Of a DNA stretch of 64,000 nucleotides, positions 1-12,900 are shown piece by piece. The DNA lies in assembly GCF_020745735.1 (NCBI RefSeq), contig NC_083413.1, forward strand, positions 20,336,001 through 20,400,000, read 5' to 3'. The notes beneath the pieces are model-generated. The model made no database searches and had not been told where the DNA came from. It saw nothing but the letters and a program-made list of their open reading frames with translations. Position 1 is the stretch's first letter. The number at the start of each line of letters is the position of its first letter. A program made the translations under genes and the position numbers. This DNA is from Hemiscyllium ocellatum (taxonomy: Eukaryota).

Positions 1-529
1 CTGTTTCCACACTGTAAGTAATCTAATCTAAAAAAAATAAATTTTTTTCTGATTTTGTGTGAAGTTTCTTGTTATTCTTGAAGAGTATTTTATAGTCCAT
101 TTTGGAACATTTGTTCGTCTGGATTTGAATTCCATGCACAGCCTTTGCTGATATTCATTAAATACAAACCGAAATAACTGCAGGCGCTAGACATCAGAAA
201 CCAAAATAGAATTGCAGCAACAACTCAGTAGGTCAGGTGGACAGAAATCAGAGTTAACATGTAAGATTCATTGACGCTTCCTCCAAATTGTGCTGATCCG
301 AATTGTTATCTTTGATATCCCTGCACAGATGGTGCAACACCTGCTGTATTTTGCACGGATTTTTTTTTTGTTTTTGTTGACCTTGCATAAAGTTGTTCCT
401 TCAATTTATTCCTTTTAGTTTATTCCTATTCATTAGCTCTTGGGCTGGGCTAATGTTCTTCTCATTCCGTTCATTTGCTATTTGTAGATGCGCATTCCCC
501 ATGTACAACCGAGTTGTTATTCCAGAATG

Positions 530-2090
530 AAATAAAGAACCGCAGAAGGCGCAGATCTGAAACAGAAACAGTGTTGGAGAAACTCAGCAGGACTGGCAAT
601 CTCTCTGGGAAGCATATAGCGTGAAAGTTTAAACTTCATTTGACTCTTCATCGGAACTAATAGTAGCTAGGAACAGTTGGGATTTATGTCGAAGTCGAAA
701 TGGGGGAGAGGTTGATGGATCAGTAAATAAAGAGATAATGGATAACAGGCCACCACAGAAAAAAAGCTGAATAAAAAATCAAAAGAACTCAGCTTGAGAA
801 AATAGTTGATATGCACTGAATGCACACATAGTATGTGATAATGGCCTGGAAGTAGGTGAGAATAGGTAATAGTGCTAAAATCAAGGCATTTCAGAGCATG
901 ACTCGCTGTAAAGGAGGTAGAAATGATGGAAAGATGTAATCATGGTCATTAGTCATTGAACTTGATGTCGAGACCTGAAGGCTGTGGTGTCTTCAAGCAA
1001 AAAATGCAAGCTTACTTTGGGGATCTCTTGAACGCTGCAGTGGATGTATGAGAGAGGCGTTGGCGTGGAACACATTAGTATGTTTGAGTAGCTGTCTCAT
1101 TCTCCTAGTTTCTCCATTGCACGCATTCTGCTAATGCTATCTTCAACAACTCTACCTCAGAAATGTTCACTCATTCGTTCAATCGAGAATTCCTGTCACC
1201 AAGGTTGACAGGGCCTCGAGTCGTGTTCGACCCATCACCTAGACCTTGGCCCTCACTCCTTTCCTTCTGTTTACCTCCTCTCTAATCACCATCCAAGACC
1301 CGAGACAAAACTACGAGGTGAAGCAGTGATCGTATGTACTTCAGTTAATCTAGACCACCATAGTTGCTGGTCACAATGTGATCTTCCACAGTGAGGAATC
1401 ATGCCACAGACTGTTTGACTGATCTGCAGAGCACCTCTGCTCTAGCCATAACAATAACTCTGCCAGTGCAACACACCGTGTAACCATGCAAACACACTGT
1501 TGCAGGGATGTTGCAATATTCCAAAGTGCTTGACTGCAACCTTTGAAGAACAACATCTAATTTTTGGCTTGCGGGTATCCCTACAGTCTCTATGACTTAA
1601 CATTGGGTTCAATAACTTTAGAACCTGATTAAATCCTTCCATGTTCATTACCCAGCCCACATCTAGTCCTGTTAGGAAATGGGCTGCTTTCAGCAGAGTC
1701 GTCCATTCACTGCTACTTCTGACCCTTTATCACGTTACATGTGTTGCACTATTAACTGATTTGCTTACTCTTAGCTCTTCTTGTCTTTTATTCAGCTTTT
1801 CCTCTTTTCTGGCCTGCAATTCATTATCTCTTTGCCTACATACTCCTTCCACTGCTCTTTCTCTCTGAGCTGTGTGTCCACTTATCCACCCAACAATCCT
1901 TCTCCACCTCTCCACCCCCTTGTCCCACATTGGTTTCAGCATAGATACTAGGTTTTTTTCCTACTTACTAACGGTTGTGATGAAGAGTCAACAATCTCAA
2001 AACTTTAACTCTGCCTTCTTCCCAAGGATGCTGCCAGACCTGCTGAGTTTCTCCAACAATTTCTGCATTTGCTCCAGTATTCCACAGTCG
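530..2090. mobile_element. Old PLE-derived pair in inverted arrangement (minus ~530-1080, plus ~1150-2090); paralogous pair at ~39030-39660/40170-41220; further minus pieces at ~14350-14800, 31020-31510, 42160-42660
   Basis: Degenerate EQHLIF.LG.LQ..LNI.FN motif and the GATGCTGCCAGACCTGCTGAGTTTCTCCA tail shared with the clearer PLE copies. Confidence 0.65.
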
Positions 2091-2104
2091 TATTTCCTAG
2101 TAAG

Positions 2105-3550
2105 AGGATTATCAGGGCAGAGCGATGGACATGATCTATATTGACTTCAGTAAGGTGTTCAACAAGGTTCGTCATGGTAGATTGATGAGCAAGGTTAGAA
2201 CACACAGAATAGATGGAGAACTAGCTATTTGGATTCTTAACTGAGCCGAAGGCAGGAGACAAAGAATGGCGATGAAGTGTTGCTTTTCAGGACGCCTGTG
2301 GCCATCAGTGTACAAGAATCGGTGCTGGTCCACTGCTTTTCATCATTTATGTACATGATTTGTACGTGAACAAAAGAGAAATGGTTACTAGGCTTTCAGA
2401 TGATACCAAAATTGGAGGTGTTGTGGAAAGACAAGAAGATTACCTCCCATCACAACAGGATCTTAATCAAATGAGCGAATGGGCCAAGGAGTGGCAGATG
2501 GAGTTTAATCTACATGTGAGGTGCTGCATTTTGGACAGGGAAATCGGGGTAGGACTTTTACAATTAATGGTGTGGTCCTGGTGAGTTCTGCTGAATAAAG
2601 AGACATTGGAGAGCAGTTTCATAGTTCCTTGAAAGTGGAGTCACAGAGAGGATCATGCAGAAGGTGGTTGACATGCTTGCCTTCATTTGTCAGTGCATTG
2701 AGTATAGGAATTGGGATGTCATGTTGAAACTGCATAGGACATTGATTAGGCCACATTTGGAATAATGCGTGTAATTCTGGTCTCTCTGCTTCAGGAACGA
2801 TGTTGTAAAACCTGAAACGACTCAGAAAAGACTTACAAGCATGTTGCCAGGTTTGGAGAGTTTGAGCTAAAGGGAGAGGCTGAATGGACTCAGTACATAT
2901 TCCCTGGAGTATTAGAGGCTATATGTATAAGGGTGACTCTGTAGAGGATTAGAAATTCTTGGGAGGGGGGGTATAGGAGTAGGGGAGTTCGAAACTAGAG
3001 GGAATAGATTTAAAGTGAGATGGGAAAGATTTAAAAGGGGCAAAGTTTTCAAACAGAAGGTGGTGCATGTGTGGAATGACTCACCAGATGAAGTCGCACC
3101 CTCCCCTGCTTATCTCTCCACGTTTCAGGCTCACTGCCTTTATTCCTGATGAAGGGCTTTTGTCTGAAACGTCGATTTCGCTGCACTTTGGATGCTGCCT
3201 GAACTGCTGTGCTCTTCCAGCACCACCAATCCAGAATCTGGTTTCCAGCATTTGCAGTCATTGTTTTTACCAAAGTTGGTATAATGTTGATACTTTAAAA
3301 GCATCTGGATGGGTATTAAAATAGATGTACATGGAATAGTGTAGGTGGGATGGGCTTCAGATTAGTATGACAGGTGACGCAACATCGAGGGCCGAAGAGC
3401 CTGTACTGCGTCGTAATGTTCTATGTAAGTGTTTAGAGGGATATGAGCCAAATACAAGGAAAAGGGACTAGATTTATTTTGGATCTCTGGTCAGCGTGGA
3501 CAAGTTGGACCAAAAAATCTGTTCATGTGCTATACATCTCCATAACTCTA
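2105..3550 (+). mobile_element. CR1 LINE, decayed 3' half of ORF2 and 3' UTR
   Basis: SDDTKIGGVV..WAKEWQMEFN, RPHLE motif; carries smaller inserts at ~3095-3271 and ~3322-3426. Confidence 0.85.
3095..3271 (+). mobile_element. Short PLE pLTR-derived insert with hammerhead motif (core 3146-3173) inside CR1
   Basis: CTGATGAAGGGCTTTTGTCTGAAACGTCGA followed by the GATGCTGCCTGAACTGCTGTGCT tail; interrupts CR1 3' region. Confidence 0.7.
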
Positions 3551-3829
3551 GTGGTTGCCATTAAATACCTAAGAGTATCCCACTGTCTGCTTTAATAAAG
3601 CGATAATTTAATATAGATAACAATTTTGAGAAACAATTACACTGATTACTTTGATTTTTGAGATGTTGAGGAACTTATGGCTTTTGATTTATGGTCCAGT
3701 TTTTGTCCAGACTCGTCTACTGCCGAGTATGCGTCCTCCCTGGGGCCACTTGTCAACCACCACGATAGAGCGCTGAGCCTACTTGCAGCTGCTGATGCCA
3801 TCACCACAACAAACCTCTCCAACAACATA

Positions 3830-4140
3830 GAATCATAGTAGCCCTGCAGTGTGGGACTACACTGGGCCACACCGACCCTCTGAAGAATCGTCCATCCAGA
3901 CCCATTCCCCTACATTTACCCCGACTAACGTACCTAACCTACACATCCCTGAAGACCATTGGCAATTTAGCGTGGCCAATTCACCTAACCTGCGCATCGT
4001 AGGATTGTGGGAGGAAATGCACGCAGGCACGGGAAGAAACTACAAACTCCACACAGATAGTCGCTGGAGGCTGGAATCGAAGCCTAGTCTCTTGCGCTGC
4101 GAAGCAGCAGTGCTAACCACTGAGCCACCATGCCAACCAC
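3830..4140 (-). mobile_element. HE1-like SINE (other minus copies ~8690-8840, 19950-20135, 20710-21015, 22850-23050, 59390-59570; split + copy 4490-4593/7508-7688)
   Basis: Reverse complement of the tRNA-like head (GCAGCAGTGCTAACCACTGAGCCACC) and conserved core. Confidence 0.75.
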
Positions 4141-4593
4141 TGAGCCAATGTGCCGTCCCACGGGTGGTGGCGGCTCAGTGATTAGTACTGTTGGTCAGTA
4201 AAAACAAGCAGAATTCTTAGAGAACTTGAAAGGGAAAATGAAGTAAGGTTACTTAGCATTCTGCGAAATATATGAGCAGAGGGCATAATCTTAAATTGGC
4301 ACTCATTTAAAATAGATGTATGGAATACTAGATCTGAAGAGAGACTGATCAGACGGAGGATGCTCTCCTCAGAACAGAGGACGTTGAGAGGGGACATGGT
4401 TGAGATATATAAAATTTTGAAGTGAAAGATAGGATGTACTCAACAAAACGTTTTCCCCCTGACAGAGGAATCATTGACAAAGGACACGTGCGCCGATATG
4501 GCGCCAGGGACCTGGTTTCGATTCCAGCCTCGGACGACTGTCAGTATGGAGTTTGTACATTTTCCCCGAGTCTGCGGGGGTTTCTTCCCACAA

Positions 4594-7507
4594 GGGTTTG
4601 GGAATCAGAGCTACACATCTGAGAGGGGGGTACTTGTAGATGGGGCAGTGACATGATGTAGCGAATCTATCGGGAAAGTTTCTCACGTGATGGAACAAAG
4701 GGACCGGATAAAGTGTGACTACTTTAACGCGTGCAGTGTCAGAAATAAGAGGGATGAACTTAGAGCATGGATCAGTCCTTGGGGCTATGATGCTGTGGCC
4801 ATAACAGAGACGGGGGTTTCACAGGGGCAGGAATGTTTGCTAGATATTCCCGGGTTTAGAACTTTAAAAAGAACAAGACGAGTGGAAAAAGAGGAGGGGT
4901 GTAGCATTGCTAATCAGAGAGTGCATCACAAGTACAGGAAAGAAGGTTTTTGGGGAAGGTTTGTCCACTGAGTCAGTATGGGTGGATGTTAGGAAGAGCA
5001 AGGGAGCAGCCACCTCACTGGGGTTTTCTACCGATCCCCTATTAGCAGGAGAGAGATTGACCATCTGATAGGCTGGCAGATTTTGGAAAAATGTACATGT
5101 AGCAGGGTTGTTGTTATGGGTGACTTAAACTTTCCCAGTATCGACTGGAACATCCTTAGTGCAGATGGTTTAGATGGAGCCGTTTTTGTCAGGTGTGTTC
5201 AGGAAGGTTTCCTTACTCATTATGTGGAAAGGCCGACGAAGGGGGAGGTTATTTTGGATTTGGCGCTCGGTAATGAACCAGGACAGGTATCAGATCTCGT
5301 GGTGGGAGAACACTTTGGTGACAGTGACCACAACTGCCTCACATTTACCATAGCCTTGGAGACGGAAAGGAGCAGTTACCGAGGGAAGATATTTAATTGG
5401 AGAAAAGGAAACTATGACGGTATTAGACGAAGTTGGGAAATACAGCCTGAGAACAAATGTTGTACAGGAAGGGCACAACAGACATGTGGAGACTGTTTAA
5501 GGAGATGTGGTTGCGAATGATGCACGAATTTGTCCCTCTGAGACAGATAAGAAGGGGTAAGATTAAGGACCCTTGGATGACGCGAACAAGGGGAGCTTCT
5601 CGTCAAAAGGAAGAAGGCAGCTTACGTGAGGTGGAGGAAACAAGGATTGAACATAACTTTAGAGGAATACAAGCTTGCTGGAAAGGAGCTCCGAAATTGA
5701 TAGAGGAGAGTTAGGAGGGGCAATGAGAAAGGCTTGGCAGGAAGATTAGAGAAAATCCAAAGGCATTTAACCCATACATGAGGAATAAAGGAATGATAAG
5801 AGAGAAGGTAGGGCCAATCAGGGCCTGAAGAAGGGCTTATGCTCGAAACGTCCAATCAGGGATAGTGCAGGGAACTTGTGCGTGGAGTCTGAGCAGATAG
5901 GGGAACCCTAAATGCGTTTTTTGCTTCGGTTTTCATGATGGAAAGGGACCTTGTTGTGAATACAGGTTTGACCAGATCAAGATTGATGAAATTAATGAAT
6001 TGGAAATTTTGGAAAATATAAAGAGTGAGGAGTCCCCAGGGCCAGACCAGATTTATCCCAGGCTGCTCCAGGAAGTGAGAAAGGAGGTTGCTAAACCGTT
6101 AGCAAAGATCTTTGCTACCTCACTGTCCACGGGAGTCCTGCCAAGGTTGGAAAGAGGTGAATGTTGTTTCTCTTTGTCTTATGTCTTTAGTCAGCAAAAT
6201 TTTGAAAAGAATTCTGAGGGATAGGATTTATGACTATTTGGAAACGCATGGCGTGATTAAAGGCAGTCAGCATGGCTTTGTGAGAGGCAGGTCATGCCTA
6301 ACTATTCTTATTGAGTTCTTTGAGGAAGTGACAGGATACTCGATGAAGATCAAACAGTGGTTGTGGTGTACATAAAATTCAACAAGGCATTTGACAAGGT
6401 TCCCCATGGCAAGCTCATTGTAAAGTCAGGAGGTATTGGATACTGGGAGGTTTGGCTATCTGGATTCAGAATTGGTTGGCTGACAGAAGGCAAAGAGTAG
6501 ATATAGATGTAAATGACAAGTATTCTGCCTGGGGGTCAGTGTTGAGTGGTGTCCTGCAGGGCTCTGTTCTTGGGCCTCTGCTTTTTGTAGTTTTTATAAA
6601 TGACTTGGATGAGGAGGTTGAGGGTTGGGTTAGTAAACTTGCAGATGACACAAATGTTGGAGGTGCTGTGGATAGTACTGAGGGCTATTGCAGGCTGCAG
6701 CGTGACATAGACAGGATGCAGAGCTGGGCGGAGAAATGGGAGATGGAGTTCAACCTGGATAAATGCGAAGAGATGCATTTTGTAAAGTCGAATTTGAAAG
6801 CTGAATATAGGATTAGAAACTAGAGTCTTGTCAGTGTGGAGGAACAGAGGGATCTTGGTATTCAAGTATATGGATGCCTCAAAATTGCCACCCAATTGGA
6901 AAGGGTTGTTAAGAAAGCATGTGGTGTTTTGGCTTCCATTAACAGGGGGATCGATTATAAGAGCTGCAAAGTTTTGCTACACCTTTACAAGTCCCTGGTA
7001 AGACCACACTTGGAATACTGTGTCAAGTTCTGGTCGCCCTACTTTAGGAAAGATATGGAGGCTTTGGAGAGCATGCAAAGAAGGTTTGTCAGGATGCTGC
7101 CTGGACTGGAGTGCTTGATTTATGAAGAGAGGTTGATTAAGCTCTGACTTTTCTGTCTAGAGAGAAGGAGGAAGAGAGGTGACCTGGTCGAGGCATACAA
7201 GGTAATGAGAAGCATGGATAGAGTCAATAACCATAGACTTTTCCCCAGGGCAGGATTGACTGGTACGAGGTGTCATAGTTTTAAGGTATTAGGAGAAAGG
7301 TATAGATGAAACTTCAGAGGAAGGTTCTTTACAGAGTTGCAAATGCATGGAATGCATTGCCAGTGGTGCTGGTGGAAGCAGAGTCATTAGGAACATTTAA
7401 GCGACTGCTGGACATGCACATGGGCAGCAGTGAATTGAGGCGTGCATAGGTTAGGTTATTTTATTTTAGATTAAGGGCCTGTTCTGTCCTGTATTTTCCT
7501 ATGTTCC
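4594..7507 (+). mobile_element. CR1 LINE, near full-length decayed ORF2 (APE endonuclease + RT), inserted into an HE1-like SINE
   Basis: VAITET, VVMGDLNFP, GDSDH, QHGFVRGRSCLT, QGSVLGPLLF..INDL..LADD, RPHLEYC; TTCCTATGTTC tail. Confidence 0.92.
5824..5851 (+). mobile_element. Hammerhead-core-only micro-insertion with TSD
   Basis: CCTGAAGAAGGGCTTATGCTCGAAACGT flanked by CCAATCAGGG at 5814-5823 and 5852-5861 inside CR1 ORF2. Confidence 0.8.
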
Positions 7508-8479
7508 AATCCAAAGATGTGCAGATTGGTGAGTTGGCCAAACTAAAATTGCCCTTCGTGTTCAGGGATATGCAGGTTAGGTCAGGATGATAGGGTAAGG
7601 GAATTGGTCTGTGTAGGTTACTCTTCAGAAGGTCGATGTGGAATAGTTGGGCTGTAGGGCCTGCTTCCACATTGTAGAGATTCTATGACATCGATTTATG
7701 GCAAGGGGCAAAAGGTTCATAGAAGATATAAGGAAAAACATCGTTACATGATTGTGGGAATTTGAAACTCACTGCCTGTCAGTATGGTAGAGGCAGAAGT
7801 TCTCAGAATATGTAGTTAAATGTACATTTACAAAGCAAGGTTACGAGACAAATATTGAATAATGGCATTAGGACAGTTAGATGCCAGTTTTTGACCACCA
7901 CTGATGTAATGGGCTGAAGGGCCATATTCTGTTCTGTATAGCCAAGTGCCTCTTTGAATGTCTTAGCCCGGAGAGTAGTGAAATTCTTTACCACAGAACG
8001 TGGTAAAGTTTGATCATGAAGTACGATCGAGAATATGAGATAGACAGATTTTTAATGAATCAAGGAACCAAGCGTTTTGGTGAAAAGGAAGGAGATTGGA
8101 GTTGAGGATTATCAAATCAGATATGACCAGATAAAACGGGCTGAATATCTTACCTTCCTTGGCAAGATCATTCTCAAGATTAAGCCTTCTTGCATTCCTG
8201 TTGTCTGATTATAAAAAAAACCTCACTTTTGGTTTTTAAAATTAGTTCATTTTTAATTCATGTGAATTTCATTTGCAGAAATTGGGATACATTAGTCATG
8301 AAGGTGACTTGCAAACAACGTGATTGTGCAGTGTCTCCAATATTTAATCTATTTTATCTGGTTTTATGTCAATTATTGCTATGAGGCGCTGAGAGATATC
8401 CTCAGGTTGCAATAGATTGTATATACCACATTCTTTCTTATTCAGTTTCACCCTGTGATATATTCCTTGCGAGAAAGCA

Positions 8480-8676
8480 ATGACTTTGTCTCTGATATTC
8501 GCATTTCTGGTTTCTGTACCTACGCAGGAATCACGTGGAATGATCTGCAAAAGATAACTTGCCAAATTTGCCTGAAGATGGTGATATCATTTGGGCGAAA
8601 TATTTTCAGCACACTTAGATGTAATTTATGATATTCCCTCATTTGTGGTTCGTCCATCAGACATGTATTGCGAAAG
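8480..8676 (+). pseudogene. V2R pseudogene: orphan exon 1
   Basis: Homologous to exon 1 of A/E (ATG 8480, donor AAG|GTAGG) but about 12 bp shorter, with a frameshifting deletion after ATCTGCAA; no exons 2-6 before gene A. Confidence 0.88.
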
Positions 8677-9969
8677 GTAGGTCAAAGAATCATAGAACCT
8701 TCGAATCCATCCAGACCCGGACCCTCATCTCCTCTCCCTAAGCTCGCATTTATCATGGCAACTCCATCTAATCTGCACATCCCTAGACACTATGGGACAA
8801 TTTAGCATGGCCGATCCATCTAAACTGCATATCTTTGGACAGAGAAGTAAACGATAAAGAAATCCTAATTTCATGCAACTGACGTTCTGCATAATTTTGT
8901 AAGTTCATTGGGTAATCATGAATTACAGTGTTTAAACAGTTTTGACTTTGTCCTTAACATTATTATGCTCTGATACTTCACTGGGAGCATTTTTAGCTAT
9001 CTACATTAGTCTGCAATGTCGAATTTCACTTTAATATCACACATGAGATAAGGACAAAATCAGTTGTCAACAAGAGTCTTAAAAGACTCGAAATGTTGGC
9101 GCTGTAACTCTGTCCACAGGTTCTGCCAGAGCTGCTGAGTTTCTCCTGGCATTCTCTGCATCCCGTTTATGTGACAATGTTTACTTGTAGTGATATGGAA
9201 TTGTTCGCGAATGTTTCTTTTCTGCCCTTGCACTTTAAAATGGTAATGTAAGGGACAGAAACTTTTAAAGGAATCCGAAACACTGTATGCAATGAATCAG
9301 ATGCCCACTGAATATAAACGACTGGGGTATTAATTAGAAATTGTCTGTATACTGGCGGTGATATTTTTACAATCGTTAAGCAATATTCTGTGGTTCTCTG
9401 CAAATAAAATCTGAACAATATTCGGCAATGATTGGGACAGAACTGAAAGCACAATTTCTAAAGATGTGATGGAAGAATCCTGGGGCTGGAGATTTTGTCT
9501 GAGCAGACTGCAACAAATTGCAGGAGAGATTAACAAACGTGGAATACGGGTAAGTCAATGCAATGAAGTTGAACACAGCTAAATATGAAATAACACATTT
9601 AGCTACGAAGAATAGACAGATCACTGATTACTTCTAATATGCGTGTCTAGGTAGAGTACAGTAAAATAAGAGATTTTTGAATAACAATTAGACCAGTTAA
9701 CAACTACAATGTCACATGTTTGGAATGTGATTACTAAAGTATACCAAAGCAATGAATTTAGTTTCAAGAGTGTTAAAACTAAATCGTTGGGAGATTCTGA
9801 TAAATCTGATTGGAACATTGGTTAGAGTGTGCTGAGTGCTACGTGCAGTTGTGCTCACGTTCCTGGACAAACAACAGTGGAGATGCAGCAGAGATGGTTA
9901 ACAAGGATTATGCTGGAAATCATATACTCATAGAATTATACAGCACAGAAACAGACCCTTTGGTCCAAC

Positions 9970-12900
9970 AAATCAATGTGAGCATAAAAGGTATCATTAA
10001 TAAGTTTGCAGATGGCATCAAAATTGGGGGTGTGGTGGACAGCGAAAAGGGTTATCTCAGATTATAATGGGATCTTGCCCCCACTGCTGCAACCAAGGGC
10101 CTGCCTAGGACTTGCCTGAGGCCTGCCTCCACTATCGCTTCCTGGGACTTGCCTCGGGCTCTTCCTCACAACCTCCACCACTACTATTGTTGGAGGCCCA
10201 CCTCCACTGCTGCTGCCTTTTCCCCCAGGAACCAGGCATTCCGGTGTCGGGAGAGGAACGGTGCCCCGAGCCTCTGCCGCCTGACGACCCAAACTCGGGG
10301 TGTTCTGGGAAGAGGTGCACCGAGGAAGGTACCGCCGGTGACCCTGGGGGTGGGGTCGATGGGGGGTTGAGGTCAGTTGGCGGTGCCGAACCAGCCCACA
10401 TTCTCTCTGTGGGGGAGGGGTCGGTGACCGAGGGCGACCTGATTGTGGAGTTCTTCAAGGCATTCTGGGATGTCCTGGGGAGCGACTATGCAGAGGTCTT
10501 GGGGCAGTGTCTAAATGCCAGAGAGCTGCCCCTCTCTTGGTGCAGGGTAGTCATTATCCTGCTGCCAAAGAAGGGGGACCTTTGTTCTTTGAAGAACTGG
10601 CATTCGATCTCCCTTCTCAGCACGGACTACAAAATCTTCGCCAGGGTGTTGTCTTCTCGCCTGGCTTCTGTGCTGGCCCACACGATTCACCCGGACCAGT
10701 CCTACACTGTCCCGGGCTGGAGGATACACGACAACGTCCACCTGGTCCGGGACCTAATTCATTTCTGTCGATGGGCTGGACTGCCGAAAGCCTTCCTGTC
10801 TCTCGACCAGGAGAAGGCGTTTGACAGGGTCGATCACGAGTACCTGCTCAGGACTCTGCGGCATTCGGGTTTCGGAAGCAGTTCGTCACTCAGATCCAAC
10901 TTTTGTATGCCGCCGCAGAGTGTCTGGTTAAAGTTAACGGGTCCCTGACGGTGCCCCTTCGCTTTGGGAGAGGAGTGCTTCAAGGCTGCCCCCTGTCCGG
11001 CCAGCTGTATTCCCTGTGCATGGAACCTTTCCTGCGCCTCTTGCGGAGGAGGCTGTCGGGGCTGGTTCTGCGTGGCATGGGCACGGGGGTGGTCCTCTCA
11101 GCCTACGCCAATGACGTGCTCCTCACTTTCACCTACCCGGCTGACCTGGGGAGGATGCGCAAGTGCCAGGCCGTGTACTCAGCAGTGTCTTCCGCCAGGA
11201 TCAACAGGGCCAAATGCTCCAGACTACTGGTCAGTCCGTGGCGTGTGGACTCTCTGCCGGAGGAGTTACCGGGGTTCAGCTGGAGTACCACCCATCTCCT
11301 CTACCTGTGGGTCTACCTCAGCCCAGCTGAGAGATCCTGGTGGGCCAACTAACAGAAGCTGGAGGCTAAAGTCTTGGCTTGCCTAGGCTGCTGGACAGGA
11401 CTGCTCCGAGTGCTATCTTACAGGAGTCGAGTGCTGGTCATAAACCAGTTGGTGGCCACCATGCTTTGGTACTGGCTGGTCACTTTGGTCCCTCCTCCTG
11501 GCTTTGTCGCTGATATCCAGAGAACGTTGGTCGACTTCTGGGACAAAAAGATGCACTGGGTCACTGCGCAGGTTCTGAGTCTCCCTATTGAGGAGGGCGG
11601 TCAGTCGCTGGTGTGTGTCCACACCCAGGTCATGATGTTTCGCATTCAGACCTTGCAGTGATATCTTTATGTCGAGGCTCCTCCCAGGTGGTGCACCCTG
11701 GTGATGTATTTTCTTTCCACCGGGTGCATAGCCTCATCTATGACAGGTAGCTCCTGTTCGTCGACCATGACAGTTTGGAAGTCGCCCTCAAGGCACTACC
11801 TGTCTTTTACCAGGACCTGATCACTGTCTGGAACATGGTCGAATCGCACCGTGTCTACCTTCCAGCAGGAGTAGCGGCTGTCATCAGGGAGCCGTTGCTC
11901 TAGAATCCGCACCTCCGTACCCGCGGGTTCGAGTGGCTGTCGGAGGGGACGGCTGTGGCAATGAAGGTGACCAGGGTCAGGGATGTGCTGGGTGCCAGGG
12001 GCCTGGGCTGGACGCTGCCACTGGACATAGTGAGCAGGGCAGCAGTAGACGTCCGGTACATGGCCACCGCCATCCGACGCTTTAAAGTGGTGTTGCTCGG
12101 ACCCGACATAGTGCACCAGTTGGAGGACACTCAGGTGTCCGCGCTCACCCCAGCCCGGATGGAATTTCGCATTAGTCCCAAGGTCCCGTACTTCCCATGG
12201 GAGCCTATGCCCCACAAACTGAGCCGTCTCCGGAATTTTAATTTTGTTCCCTTTCAGGGGGTAAAAAGACGGGCCCTGTATAGACTGCTGGTGCACACCG
12301 TCCACCTCTTCTCCCTCATCCACCGTCTGGACAAGCCTTGGCATGTCCATTTGCCACCGGGCTGTGGGGATCCCCAGTGGAGTGCTCTCTAAGTGGGAGT
12401 CCTCCCCCTTTCTCTCATGGATCTGGGGTGGAGGGTGCTGCACGCAGCAGTCCCCTGGAACCGCAGATTGTGTTGGTTCATGGACTCCCAGCCCAACTGC
12501 TTGTTTTGTGGCGCTGTGGAGTCTGTGGACCACGTGTATATTGGGTGTGGGCGTTTGCAATCCCTTGTTGCTTTTCTTAAAAACCTCCTCCTCTGCTTTT
12601 GGTTGCACTTCAGTCCCACACTCCTTATCTTCGGGCACCCGGTACACAGGAGGGAGGGCAGGTCTGAAGACCTCCTCGTGGGTCTGCTCCTGGGCCTGGC
12701 CAGTCTGGCCATAAACAGCTCCAAGCAGCAGGCCATGGAGGGGGTTGTTAGGGCCGTCTGCCTGCTCCTCTTCCATTGGTACGTTAGGACCTGGATGTCC
12801 TTGGAGAAGGAGCATGCGATGTCGACTAACACTCTGGAGTTGTTCAGGGAGAGATGGGTGCCGCAGGGAGGGGAGTGCATTATTTCCCCCTCCAACTTTA

